The translations under genes were made by a program, and so were the position numbers. From assembly GCF_000150275.1 (NCBI RefSeq), contig NW_002060944.1:8136735-8200734 (forward strand): DNA of 64,000 nt. Reading direction: 5' to 3'. Under the pieces are notes generated by a model, which did no database searches, was not told the DNA's origin, and worked only from the letters and a program-made list of their open reading frames with translations. This document shows, one piece after another, positions 27,828-42,300 of this stretch. Source of the stretch: Trichoplax adhaerens (Eukaryota > Animalia > Placozoa). Positions within the stretch are counted from its first letter, which is position 1. Each line of letters begins with the position of its first letter.

Positions 27828-30060
27828 ATGGCTCGTGAAACTTTCCTAGCCGAACAATGCCTTTCCTTTAATAATCAAATCCAAGATTTAATACCATGTA
27901 CATTCATTCATCGTTTCCATCAATCATTGAAGAAAGTAACAAGACGTTGGAGAACACACTACCGACGCAGTTATGGCCGAATACGTTCAATTCAAGATGT
28001 TATTAAATTAGCCAAATGGGAACGCCGACATTTATCTACTAATAATGCCATATGCAATCGTTTAGTACTAGGAAATCCAGCTTGTCCATCGCCTACAGAT
28101 CTACAAATGTTTTGCGATTTTTGTAGTAAAATAGAAGAATTACGACAACGTTTTACCCATAGTATCTATCAGCCATTATTAGATTTCTTCTATGATGCCC
28201 AAGTTGGTGGCCGAAAATTAATTAAAATTGCAAATATACTTGAGAAAATTGTTCGAGACTGGGATCGTTTACTCAATACAGACCAAATACAACCAAAGTA
28301 TTTCTCATCTTGCAGCGCGACATGGAAAGGATTACCTAAGAGAGACGAAGCGCTAGAATATTATGATATCCTAAGGCTACTACCGGATTTAATCGAGAAA
28401 GCATTTGAAGCATTACGATTAGCAAGGCAATGGCGACAATTATTAAAATCATCCCAATATCACAATCCTGTTGGCCAAAATAGGACTACTAGACGTACTG
28501 ATTGTCATGATTATTCCGATTCAAGTGAAGGTACTTGTGTTAATAGCCCATCGAGTAATGGTAGTCCAGTCGATGTTAGCCATCATGATAAAGAAAACCA
28601 CCAACACCGACTGCCATCGCAACAACCACCACTGCAACAGTCTTATGTCAATGCAGAGAGTCGAAATTCATCCGACGATAGTGGACGACCTAAATCTCGG
28701 CTAAAATTACGACCTCGGTCTAAAGTAACATCGATTAACCAAGATGATCAACATAGGAAACAACTGAAAAAGATTGAAAAGGAATTAAAAGCCAGTAAAA
28801 AGAAATGCAATCATTTAGAGAAACAATTAAAAGCGGCTATGGAAGCTTGTGAAAATTTACAAAGTGAACGAGATCGTGCTGAAACTGAATGCCAACAATT
28901 GCGCCAACAATTACAACAAAGTAAGCAGCAATTGCAAGATACAACAGCACGATTAGAACGAACAGATTGTCGTAATCGTTTCTTAGAAGATGAAATTAAT
29001 CGAGCTATGCAAAGGATGCATAGCTCAGACGAGCAATTAATGCGAGCAACCAATCATGTCAAATGGTTGCGTAAAGAACTCGAGCGGACACGACAGCGTT
29101 CTGGTCAGCTTGAAAAGGATTTAGAATACTTGCATGAAAGGATGCAAGGGTTAAAATTAGAATTAGATAGTGCTCGCAATAAACAACATTCATTACATGG
29201 TAACTTGCAATTACTACAACGATTAGAAGATTTCCATGAATTAACGGGTGCCATGGAGCCACGCCAACTATCATCGTTAAGAACGACATTATCTGATAAG
29301 TTGGAAGTGGTCCAAAATCGAAGTCGTAGTATTGAAGATGATTTAGATAATTGTCTTACACGTTGTAATACATTACAGAGTCAGCTGGATGTTGCTAGAG
29401 CAAGAGAAAGAGTAGTGCAAAGAATTCGTCATCAATCCAAAGATCAAAACGATCAAAATCCTCCATCATCCAGTATGTACAGTATAATATCGGTTAATTT
29501 TCTAATAAATTACCGGTAGTATTACTCTATCTTGCCAATAGCGTAATTATACATTCAGTGTGGCACTAGATAATAAGATTAAGAGTGAATTTTTATCTAT
29601 ATTATAGCTACTTGGGATTCCATAACAGTATCATACCCCTCTATCTCATCCTAAAATGATATTCCATTGCAATAGTTACCATTATTGACTAAGTTCTAAC
29701 TTTCCAATGTTTTACTTAATATCAACAGATTCTCCGTTACCTCAATTAGAGCAATTGCAACAAAAACAAGGAATATCCGATCGCTGTTTAACCGAATTTC
29801 AACTGAATGAAATTGCAAGAATTATCCGTGATTATTGGAAGGATTTAGGACGATCTCTTGGTCTTAGCGAATCGGATTTAGTTAGCATTGAAAATGACCA
29901 TCAAGGATCGACACATGAACAAAAATATGCGGTCTTATTAACATGGCGAGATAAACTAGGTCCTCAAGCTACTGTTCGACAACTTATTGCTGCCATGTTA
30001 CGAATTAATCAACAATTTGATGCGAACATTATCTTAATGACTTGCTCTGCTTCTTCCTAA
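27828..30060 (+). CDS. Uncharacterised protein: unknown N-terminal helical domain, S/Q-rich linker, long coiled coil, C-terminal death domain (~658 aa; exons 27828-29472, 29729-30060)
   Basis: Phase-1 donor A|GTATGT at 29472/3 matches phase-1 acceptor CAACAG|AT at 29728/9 and joins the two ORFs in frame. Exon 2 reads LNEIARIIRDYWKDLGRSLGLSESDLVSIENDHQGSTHEQKYAVLLTWRDKLGPQATVRQLIAAM, a classic death-domain pattern. An acceptor at 27800 indicates upstream exons, so the start is uncertain. Confidence 0.85.
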
Positions 30061-31248
30061 CTGACTATGAAAATATTTCATACTATCTTAATGACTTCAA
30101 CTGGGACTATTCTATCTTTGAATAGATAGATAATTTTAAGCATATCATTCAATAATCTTCAGAACAATTTGCAAATGCAATCAGTTAAAAATTTCAAATT
30201 CTATGATATTGTATTGGCTAATGAGTTATTATAAGATAGGCAGAGATATACGACAAGCAGAATTATTGTAGGGTGAAAATATTTCTCCCTAACATTAAAT
30301 TGGATATTATGGTACAATTACCTCGCAAGATTTATACAATCATTATATATCGGCTGAAGCACTTATACCTTTGCTAAAATAAAAAATATGACTATTTGAT
30401 TTAATTGTACAGCACAAGATTCATATTATTAATAATAAGATTGAATATACCAATACTTTACAAGAACGAGTCAAACTGATAAATGACATTATAGATGAAT
30501 TACTACCATACACTGACATTTAATTACCGGAAATACGTAGCAAATATCACTCTTACTTGATTGATGTGAGATAAAGAGCCATGAACCTTTCCTCTACCAT
30601 AAATAATTACATTGTTGGAAATAGCTAGAATGAATAATGCATTCTTTCCAATGATATAATTCATCGTTCAAAACTTGCCAAATTATAATTGTCACAATGC
30701 TATACTGTACCAGTAATAATTTACTAGAGCATAGATCAAAAATGAAACATTCTATGAATTTTATTTGAAATCTTAATCCTGACGTAACGATAAAATACAA
30801 TAAAAAACTATAAATACGAACATTTATTGCTGAATTTTGAGGTTATACATAGCTACGGTAATGCGGTAAATATAGAATATACCTGATTACCTTTAAATTT
30901 TATCATTACTTTGCATAAATTACATCTATTTCAAATTTAATGACTTTTTAAAATTTAAAAGCAATTTAACCTTTGCAATAATAAAATACGATGTTACGAA
31001 AAATTTGATTAGTTCTGTAAACTTAAATCTTGCAGTCTTTATTTATTCTTTTGTATATAGGGTACGGTAAAAGGACATCTTACTAACGATGACGATCTAT
31101 CCATGAAATACAAGTTGAATTTATAACAGATAGTCGAGATTATCATTACGTGATGTCCACTAACATCAATAACATCATAAAATTAATTGCTTTTACTTTT
31201 TACTTTATATCAATTTCACAATACCGCAGCAATTTCCAAGTCATGTTG

Positions 31249-31268
31249 TATATATATATATATATATA
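31249..31268. repeat. (TA)10 microsatellite
   Basis: Read directly from the sequence. Confidence 0.9.
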
Positions 31269-31493
31269 TTGTGTATACGTAGATCTGTCATTTACTGTAC
31301 ACTCGTGAGAATATCCCAATAAGCTAATTTAAGATTAAATCAACACTGGCATTACTGCTATTACCAGACACATTTTATAATAACTATTACCTAATACTTG
31401 CGTAAAATATCTCCACTACAATACGCGTCATGGTACTGGGCTGCCTTCTGACCATATCTGCAGAAGAGGCATTAAGAAATCACTTAAGTAATC

Positions 31494-34210
31494 CTATACA
31501 GCATTTTCTACTTTGTCGTCGATTTCGACTCTATTCGCTTTTATTCTTTTCTGCCATGATGCATAAAACTTGGGAAACCATTTGGTCACTTTAGTAGACG
31601 AAGCTTTTCCAGACTAAGATAATTTTTAAGAAAAGGTACATGAAAATATGCCATACACTAAAAGCAAACGTGAATATCATTGAATTTCACCTTTCTGAGA
31701 GCGGTTTGGAGAATATCCATAATAATCTCATTAGGATATGCGCCGTCTTCAAGCATGTACTACAAAAATAATGCCATTTATGTTTTAGCAAGCTACACAA
31801 GGCTACAGTAAATATGTATCGTGTAATTAAAGATACAAGTAAAATAGTTTATATGAAGTTATTTATTGGAAAGTAAAATGCAATAAAATTATGTTGCGAT
31901 TATTTGTGATTACCTCCATTACTCCGACAACAAGTTTGAAATCGTAGTTATTAACGGCAGTCTTTAACAGCGTACCGTAGATGAAACTATTTGGGTTAAG
32001 TCCCGCAACCTGGATAGAGGCATGTGATAAATTGCAAAAACACCGAAAAATATCTATTACCTTATTAATAATTACAAGAAGTCAGTAGCTGCATCGCTCT
32101 TGAACAACTACTATAATCTAAGAGCAAAAAGCTGTCTAAGACGCTGCAAAATCTTACTTTCATGTCCTTGAGCATCTTTAAACCTTGATCTTTACTTTGA
32201 CAACATGACGCAAGCACCTGGTAAGTTTTCAGATCTGGTTCAACACCGGTTGTTAGCAAGATTTTAAAAAGAGTCTATACAACATGTCGAAGTTAAATAA
32301 CTCATTATTTCATATAAGTACACAAAAAGTACAACTTATTAGAAATATGATACTATCGTGCTACGGTTCGAATTATAATATTAGCGACTTACCTTTGCAT
32401 GTGAAAGCTTGCCTTCAAGTACTTGTCGTCTAAGCAATGAATTCATAAATGCTACATCAAGAGTAATTTTATTTGCCCTGGTATATTTAATTAAATCACC
32501 AATTTGCTGATACGGGACAATATATGATAATAGATCGAATGTTGTTATATTTGGCTTAATTTTCAGTTCGGATAATTTTTCTAAAAATGTCTCTAAACCA
32601 CCTAAAATGTCAATTTTACTCTCTATGCCATCTTGTTCGGGTGGTAAATCACAATCTCGAAGCACTAATAACATCATGTTGTATGAATAAATATTATAAT
32701 CAACATTTTTCTGGTACATCTCTTCCCACAATTGTAATGCTCTAGTTATTCCCTTGACTTTATCTCTACTACACGCTTTTAATAAATAACAATAAGTGTA
32801 AGTATCTGCAGCGAAGTTTTTATCCAGCATAGTATTATAAGCTTCAAATGGTTCTTCAGGTTCAGCTTCGCATTCAACTAATGCTTGTATCAGTGCATTA
32901 TACGTAATTGCATTAGACACATCTTCGGTTGATTCCATTTCATTTTTTAGATTATAAACACGCTTTAAGTGTGCAGAAGGTGTAGAAGCACATGCACATG
33001 CACTAAATAAGCTGGTAAATGTCCTATCAGTCGGTTGTAATCCACGTTTTTTCATCTACAGATTTTTATACATTGAGAACATCATGCCATTCATAGAAAT
33101 ACTTAGCATAACAAATCATTCGTCATCATTTACCTGATTATATAATTTAAAGGCTGTATTTGGTGCACCATGTTTACCATAGGCCGAAATCATGACGTTA
33201 TACATGACCGAATTCGATTTGGTTTTCATTTTGCCTTGATTGAATTTGTCCAATATATTCATGGCTTTATCTAACTACAAAGGTGAAAATAGAATCCAAT
33301 TTTAGTTCTACTCATCAAGTTAATTTCATTATTAGTGATAGCCCAATTGGTAGCGTGCAATATCGTGATCAGCTCACTTAGCTACTACATATGTTATCCA
33401 TTAAATTACTCGATGTAGTAGCAGTTTTGTTGTATTGTACATTAAGAGTCTTGTATCATACAAGTTGTATGGAAATTCCTTCAGCTTCGCCTACTATCAT
33501 TATACTTGTCATAGTCAAATCATGCAAACTGGTATATTACCTTGTGGTTCCTGTTCAATTCCACCATAAATCCGATATATTGTGCAACATACATTCGAAG
33601 TTTTTGTTTTGCAGTTTTCCTGATTAAACTTGGTAATAACTTATTACTATTAGGTACTTTATGAAGCGAATCGTATTCGTAATCTTCCATCAAAATTTTT
33701 CTCTTTATGAGTATATCATCATGTTACAAAAGAGAAGAGAGTACAATAAGATTATGAATGAAAGAAATATGCAATAAACATCTGTATAGGTAAGTCAAGA
33801 ATACTATTGAAGATAGATATAGAATATTGCACAGGCAAATTCATTTACAGCAGGTGCTTCATTCGTATTATTCTATTGCAGCATTACAATGAGTGGTAGC
33901 GAATTTAGCTTTTACTGTACTGTGCAAATTTATGAATTTGAATTCAAACTTAGGCAAACCATATAACATCATCGGGATCAAGTCGAATGATATTACAGCG
34001 AATCTATACCTCTTCCTTTGGATCTACGCGTGATTTCTTAGGACGGCCATATTCATCAGCAATTACCCAATTGACTGCAGCAACATGCATATTCCTACCA
34101 GCTACTAACTTACTCAATTGATAATAATTATTCAGGCTACTGCAATCCCCTAGATTACCTAAAAATACTTTCTTGAATGCATTTCGTACTAGTGCCGTTA
34201 ATATTCGCAT
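31494..34210 (-). CDS. PTCD1: Mitochondrial pentatricopeptide-repeat protein, PTCD1-like, multi-exon
   Basis: ATG at 34210 starts a transit-peptide-like MRILTALVRNAFKKV. PPR motifs: MYNVMISAYGKHGAPNTAFKLYNQMKKRGLQPTDRTFTSLFSAC, ITYNALIQAL, YTYCYLLKAC, YSYNMMLLVLRDC. C-terminal CQSKDQGLKMLKDMK...PNSFIYGTLL...PNEIIM...FYASWQK follows the PTCD1 layout. Stop TAG at 31494. Confidence 0.85.
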
Positions 34211-35361
34211 CTTGGTAGCTTTAGATCGACTCTGATAGCTCAATTTAGCCTGCAAATCCAACTCAACTCAACTCGATTTGATGGTGCTGCATTTAGCCAT
34301 TTTAATCGCGGACATGTGACACTGGGGCAACCCGGTGACCAACCTATCCCATACAATTTCTTAAAGTAGAGTGGTTGTGCAAAATAGATTGTCACCCTAC
34401 GACGTTCTCCTTCGATAGAAATAGACTGCGAATAAATTGGCACAGGGTGACAGTCTATTTTACTCGACCGTAAGAGCATCTTTCGCCCAGGATGACGTAA
34501 CAAGTTCCTTTGCATCGCTGTTTCGTGTCAAAATAAGTATACGGTACCAAACAGTACCTAATGATATAACGCAACGTATGAATATACTGACATTGTAAAG
34601 TTTTTTATTTTAGCTCAATGTCGCAATTTTCATATATATCGGAATATATTAACAGTGAGTTATTTTAGACCAGCTTATAGACACTATATATATTATTTAA
34701 TATTACTATTCATGTAAAACATAAAGGTAAGCACTTTACTCTTTGTAGTATGAAGTATATCGGCACCAAAGTCCTATAATTGATTGTGTTCCAATCGCCA
34801 TATTTATAGACTGCAGACTGCACAGCCAATCGTAATACTTTTGAGTCGAAAATTTCTGTATTGTAAAGAGTAAACTTGCCTTTTTGCTCGTTTTCCAGAG
34901 CTAATGATAGTGAATAATACTTCTAGTAACTCTAATTTGATCTAAATGAACTAGCTATTAATCTATTCGAATATACAGATTAAAATGAGCTTTCGCTAAA
35001 TGTCACCGTCATGACCGTTCCGAATGTTTCATACTAAGTCGTATATCGTTCGTTGCAACTTGAGTAACTTGGTAATACTGTATACCATATACTGGCTTGG
35101 ACCAGTCTTATAACATTGAAATTCCGGATAAGGAACAGACGTACGGACGTCCGTATATTATTGCATTTTCTAACGGTACGGTGCACAAGCGTAACCACAG
35201 TGTTATGCGAAGCAACAGTGTGCAAAATGAGCTGTCACCTCTTAGCCTGGTCTGCTTTCTATTTAATCCAGTCAAAACTAGAATCGCGTAAATAAAGATG
35301 TGACAGAGTGTTTTGCACACCACTTTTCATCGTCTATCGTCGCTTCAGCTAGACTAGGAAA

Positions 35362-38300
35362 ATGGCTGCAGTGCAGGAAGAGGAGACTGTTAATGAGGTC
35401 TAAAATTTCATCATTTGAATCGGATTAAATTTAATTCTATCCAATTTTTAGACGTGATAATCCATATTATTTTATAACAGATCGAATTGACTTAAATCGC
35501 TGCAGATTTTTCATATGATTGCTTTTTTATATATGTAAACTATCGCAGGTGCCCACTATCTCCGCTCAAACCATTATCGTAATCCATCCAGGCTCCTTAA
35601 ATTTAAGAATTGGCTTAGCATCTCATCATCAACCCATTACTATTCCTCATGTAATTGCACGTCGATGTAAGAATAAGAAGTTAAAACGAAGTAGAAAGAA
35701 TCACTTCCGACGCGATGGCTATAAGGTTAGCAACGGATAAGAATTGGCTTGTAAAATAGTGATGTTAAAGGATAAATAATTAGATAAAGGTAGTATTATA
35801 ACCCACGTGAAAGTAATCCAAAATAAGCTTGTTGTTAGTCAAGAAGTAAATATTCCTCAACATAAATAGAATTATTAACACTTGATGGATACTATGTAGA
35901 AAAATTTGATATCTGCAGTAATTCGTACTGAGATAATTAGAAGGAGGCAATACTGCTTGATCAGAATCAGCACGTAAATGTATATTTACTATTCGGTGCT
36001 GTTCATGCTAGCCATTTGAAATTGATATGTACAGTAACGCTATTGATGCATTTTTTAGATCTAAATAATAACCATTGATCTTCTCTACTTCAATAATTAA
36101 TATATTGAACTATACTAGTGACCCACTATATTTGAAAAATTCTTCATACATATTAACTCAAGGTCATCTATTATCAACTTTAGGATACTGAAAGCAACCA
36201 TCTGATGGAGGCTGCATTAGCTAACATAAATCACGCCTTGCGCTCGCATAGATCAAATTATGGAATAAAATCGCAACACTATACAGTCAGTTCGGTAATG
36301 CTTTAAAAGAGGATAGACTACTGGAGTCTAGATTAAATTTCTCATTTAAAAACTCTTGTATGCAGATTTACTTGACGATTAAACGAATATATAAGGTTAA
36401 CGTTCATTGACTTACAATAGCAATTATATGCAATAACGTTATTCGAATCATCCTTTAAATATATAGATCCTTACACATAATAAAAATGTCAAGTGTGAAA
36501 TGGTTGCTCAGGATCCTGAAAAGTTATTAACATGGAATGATGTTAACGATCAACCAGATTTTGTTGTTGGTCCTGCGGTTAGTAAATTACGTTAATAGAA
36601 TTACTGAGCCCTACTGAAAACTTGATAAAATAATTACCACTTTAGTCAGTACTATACCCATGCAGAAAAAGGTTCGATGATGATTAATTAATTCCTATAT
36701 ATATATATAATGTGATACATGCAAAATAAACAGATCAAATACTTATTGTACCGTACGACAACTGCTTCATAAGATTCTGCTATAGTGACCATCGTAAAGC
36801 CAAAATTGATAATTTGCATTTTGAACATGATGCGGATTAGGCACTATATATTGAAGAAAGTGAGCCGTATGAACTGTTTTGGCCAATAAAATTTGGACAA
36901 ATTAATAGACATAAGGGAATTAGTGGTTCTGTTACCGCTATATTTTCTGACTTGGCTGATATTTGGAAAGCGGCTATAGAAGGTTATTTGGATATTCCAG
37001 CAACGGATTTTGAGGTAATAATTATTCCGTATTACTTTGTATTATATTGCTGCTGTTTTAAACTCGATAACCTTCATAAATTAAGTAAACCTTTACTGCT
37101 ATATTCATGACTAAGAAAAGGAATGCCTGTTTTTCCTTTCTAGAATTACAAAGCTTTAGTTTTAATACCTGATATTTATGACAGAAGCTTATTTAAACAC
37201 TATGCTGATTTGTTGCTAAATACCCTGGGATTTTCTGGAATGTTTCTTTATCAAGTAAGATTCGTACTATTGGCATGTCCGGCAATCCTAATATATGCTC
37301 AATGTAATATATATTGCTGTATTAAAAGGAATCTGTTGCCGCCTCCTTTGGAGCTGGTTTTCCGAGTGCCTGTGTAGTAGATATAGGAGATCAAAAAGCT
37401 AGTATCTGTTGTATCGATGATGGAATATCTATTCCTGAAACTAGGTTTCGCGATTAAATATTGTTGAAAAGATTTAAAAAGTTATAGCTAGGTATTAATA
37501 CATTTGTTAATGTTAGCAACGTTTCATTAACAGGTTAAGGATTAGTTACGGTGGTAAAGATATAACCCGGTGTTTCTACTATCTATTGGATAAGGTAGAA
37601 ATCTTTACGTCATATAGATATTTTCTCGGGGAACAGTTATAATAGGAGATTCGTCTTACATATATTTTAACCTTTTCTAGATCTATTTCCCTTACCGAGA
37701 CCTCAGTCCTTACAATCATTTAGATTTAATATTAATAAAGCACCTAAAAGAAGATTTATGTCACTTAGACCCGGTAATAATCATTATTTCAATCATTTAA
37801 AATTTGTGCTGGTGTACTTCTAACCGAAAATACATTTAAATATACTGCTAATATAATATATGAATACGCATAATAAACTGTATGAAATCCGTTGATCTAT
37901 AATATATGTAATGTATACGATCCATAAACTGTATGAAACCTGCTGATCTGTTTTTCTAGACAATTCCAGGCGGAGCTATTCATGATTTTATTGTTGCTAA
38001 ACCCGATTGTGATGAGTTACATTACTCTATCCGGTTGGGCGATGAATTATTGCAGGCACCATTAGTAAGTATGACGTAAAGAATAAAAAATAATTTCTAG
38101 TCAAATCTAAGAAAACAATGTTCTTTTATTCTTAGTCTCTTTCATTTTCTGTTATCTATAGGCCTTATTTTATCCATCGTTAATGGGAATAATTGACGAG
38201 GATATTATAACAACCCAACCATCAGTACCATTTGATAGTGAAGATATCATGGATGATCCTAGTTTACTAGAGGTTATCAATAATGTCATAGATTATCTAT

Positions 38301-39051
38301 CGCGTAAATTTATTTTGACCACGACATTCATAATCTGTTTTATTGATCGTGCCTTAAAGTAAGCAACGCTTTATATTTCCTGGTACTTATAGAGTACTCA
38401 GTCCCAAAGCGGAAAAGTAGGACCAAAATCGTCATCAGCGAATCAGTCAAATTCAGCTACTCCAACTCCCGAAACTCCTCAAACTGCTAACTCGTTATCC
38501 AATAATTTGAGTGATAAGAATATAGTTTCAATTGACCAAGCCATTGTATATAGCATAGATAGCTGCCGTAAGCTGTATTCTCAATACGATAATATTTTCG
38601 ATTAGTAATATATCTGTATAACTTACACTTTCGAAATTTCAATGTTCATTAGCTACCGATGAATTGAAGAAGAAAGCTCTGTCATCCATTTTACTAGTTG
38701 GTAAAGGGTTTATGTTTGACAATGCAGCATTTTTTCTGCAAGCTCGTATTCGATCTAAGTTACCTACAGGTCTAAAAAAATACGCTGAACAAATTGACGT
38801 AACTGGAAAAGTCCGAGTAAGATAACCTATTTATACAGTAATTGCCTTTTTTGCTTATAAAGCGCGCATGATCTTAGTGACAATTTGATTTATTGTCATC
38901 ATTTTAGGATATGGATCCTGGCGTTGTCGCCTGGAAAGGAGCTGCTGTACTTAGTTGTTTAGATAGTGCTCAAGAACTATGGATCTCTCCTGAAGAGTGG
39001 AATAAGTATAGAATTCAAATCCTTCGTGAGCGTTCTCCGTTTGTTTGGTGA
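35362..39051 (+). CDS. ACTR8: Actin-related protein 8 (INO80 complex), multi-exon
   Basis: MAAVQEEETVNE|VPTISAQTIIVIHPGSLNLRIG...IPHVIARR; VLIPDIY; ESVAASFGAGFPSACVVDIGDQKASICCIDDGIS; YGGKDITRCF; C-terminal DMDPGVVAWKGAAVLSCLDSAQELWI...LRERSPFVW-TGA. Confidence 0.96.
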
Positions 39052-39389
39052 CAGTGAAAAGGAAGCATTTCTAACATCGCGATTAATCTAGAGTTTCATC
39101 GAATTTCTATGTATTGCAGGGACTTAACATTTCCAAATCTCTTTAATAAAATTTTATTTATATGTCAGTGTTGAAAAACTTGTTGCAGCTTCAAAATGTA
39201 ATAATACAATTAAGACATTCACTAAAATAAACACATGAACATTTTTATCAAAGTCGCATTAAGAGGTAACGTTTTATTGCTAATAGTATGGTAGTATAAT
39301 AAATTAGAAAGTTATAGATACAAAGTATAATGCAAAGAAATATAGTATTAAATTGCTATTTTCTTTAAAGGTACAATAGATATGACCAT

Positions 39390-42300
39390 TTAGACAATCA
39401 AGACCGATGCTTCTGCAAGCTGTAGTTCAAAGCGCTTTATTGCGGGGTATACTTCGACATTTAGAAATTCATCAACCTACAAGATAGAATATTACCAAAT
39501 TAATTACACTGTTATTCAAATGTTTTTATCGCCTGATAAAAGATATTCCTCAGTTTTAACCTGCTCAGGCGCTCTACCAATGAACAATTCTGGATTAAGT
39601 AAATCATTAAGTGTAGAGTGGATAGGTATAAAATAATCACTTGATTGAATTCTTTCTACCAAATCATTGCTACCCCCTTCCATTTTAACAACATGGCCAG
39701 CTTGGTGTGATAATACTCGTAATTTCTCGTGACATTCCTAACAATAATGTAGGTTATTGCAAATCCAGATAAATACTAATTTTTACAAAGTAGCAGCTAA
39801 ATATACATGACATCATCAAGTAATTTGTTATATTTCTAACAACGCAACAAACCTGTCGATTAGCTCCAGCTTTGACCATCGCCATGATAATATTTTCCGT
39901 AGCCATAAAAGGCAATTCTTGTATAATCTGCTTATTGATAACCTGTAGTATTTTATATTTATTAGCAGTAAAAACTAAAAAATAATTAATTCGATTCTTA
40001 AGATGAAAATACCTTGGGATAAACTACTAAGCCTTCAAATACATTTTGCATCGTCCGTAGTACACCATCAGCTGTAAGAAATGCTTCAGTGAGAGTTATA
40101 CGTCTGTTAGCACTGTCATCGAGAGTTCTTTCGAGCCATTGTACAGCAGCAGTTTGTTGAGCATTTGATACTAAGGTCATTAAATGCCTAGCTAATGCAC
40201 ACGCACGCTCACAACGCATCGGATTACGTTTATATGGCATAGCACTTGAACCTGATACCAAATGTTATAACGAAATACAAATAATGTTTAACAAGCATTG
40301 AATTCTATTTAAAACGAAAAAATTAATAAACAACATTACCAATTTGACTTGTTTCAAATGGTTCTTCTAATTGCTTCATATTGGCCAGTAATCGAACATC
40401 GGTCGCAATCTATGCCATCAAATTATAATTTATGCATTATTTATTTAATTTTGGAAATAAATTAATTATTAAATGATGAAGCTACTACGGTAAATGGAAT
40501 ACCTTATGCATGGAAGCTCCTAAACCACTGACGGCATTTAAAATATCTAAGTCTACCTTCCGACTATAAGTCTGTCCAGTCACGATATAAGCCCTCCAAA
40601 GTGAGTAGAATAATTCAATAAAGTTAACATCTATATCAATTTTGAAAGAATCTGCTTTCGGATTACCCTATACTAGTTTCTTACAATAGCTTATTTAATA
40701 ATCCTTACTCACGATTGAAATCCTGCCATTTCAGTTACAAGTCTGTCTAATTTTTTAACCTACACATATCAAATTTATATAAAAATACTTCTGTAATATA
40801 GACTATTTAAGTACTCGCAAATCTAAGAAATGGCAATTAGTCTTCATGTTGTCATAATTTACCTTTTCATGATCGTTGTTGAATAAAGCTAAGAAGCTAG
40901 CTTGAGTGCCAGTCGTACCTTTCACTCCACGAAATCTTAATTCATTTCTTGTTCGAGTTAAATTGCGTAAATCCATAAGGAGATCGAAAATCCATAACGT
41001 TGCACGTTTTCCAAGTGTGGTCAGTTGAGCCGGTCTATTAAAGCAGAATAATTTATCACTTGTTAAGAACTGAGCTATTAGCTTTCAAAATATTTAGCAA
41101 TCATTATTATTTTCAATCAACTCTCCATACAAGCAATATGTGTATGGCTAAATATGCACACAACATGTAGTAATAGAGGCATACGTAAAAATGCACAATC
41201 TTTAATTGGTTACTTTATCGTATGTGATCATTACTCTTACTGTAAGTGGGTAAATCCAAGCACAGGTAAATCTTTATATTCTTTTGCAAACTTTGCTAGA
41301 CGGTCGATACATCTTGCAAGCTGATATTACCGAAAAACGTTGAGATTAATATCTTTACTGCAACGACTGGAATTCAAACTTTTAAAATGAATTAGAGTAT
41401 GCAAAAATTTATGGTATCTACGTATTATTACCTTGGGTAGGATAATATCCAGCGCATTACGTACAATAATTAGGTCCTATCAGAATGAACAAAAAATTGA
41501 TTATAGCAAACCATCAAAATGAAAATCTGAGTTATCCATACTTGTAGACTAGACATTAATAATTGTTCTATAAGCTTATAAATTGAAACTTAGACAAACT
41601 ATCATTGATTGCATACACGACATATAGATTTATACTGTATAATATATCCATTCTATGTGCATCAAAGTCTATCAAAATTATTTCAGAACTAGATACAAGT
41701 AATGATGTTTTAGTTATAAACGATTAATAATTAATTGGCTATAATCATTGGGTCGAATAGGGTAGATAGTACGATATTATATACTTTACTCCCTATATAA
41801 CTGAATCACGGAATCGTTTGTAAAAACTGCTGAGCATATCCAATAAAATATACAATAATACTACAGAAGTGGCAATACTAACAATTACTTCGCTGTGTGA
41901 CAGTTACGGAAAAAAATTTTCAATGATTACTTTGAGATATTCAATTCGATGTATGTGCTTATAATAAGAATAGATTGCTTGGAATGTACATCGTTGTTAG
42001 AATTAAACTCCAAGCTATTTACATTCAGCTACAGTATTCGCGTTTAAAAAATAGGATCAGTTATACCTTCAATTCAATCGATTATAGAGACTTTGAACAA
42101 CATGTAATACAAGTGTATGTAAAATCTAGTGCACAAGACTGAAGCTTGGTCTAACTAGCTAGAAAATGCATCCATCCGCTAAAGCTGATGAGCTACTTCT
42201 GTTAACCTACCGCATTATCTGTCACATAACATGATGTTGCTCCAAGGTGAATGATACCAGCAGCTTTAGGGCAACATGCAGCAAATGTGTGAACATGAGC

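Noticed and set aside
28471-29289. Short ORFs inside the coiled-coil exon
   Set aside because: Alternative-frame or antisense shadows of the real CDS.
34240-34515. 91 aa ORF, or SRP/RNase MRP RNA, upstream of PTCD1
   Set aside because: No recognisable protein motif; only a short chance resemblance (gtcaccgggttgcc) to SRP RNA, with no helix-8 motif.
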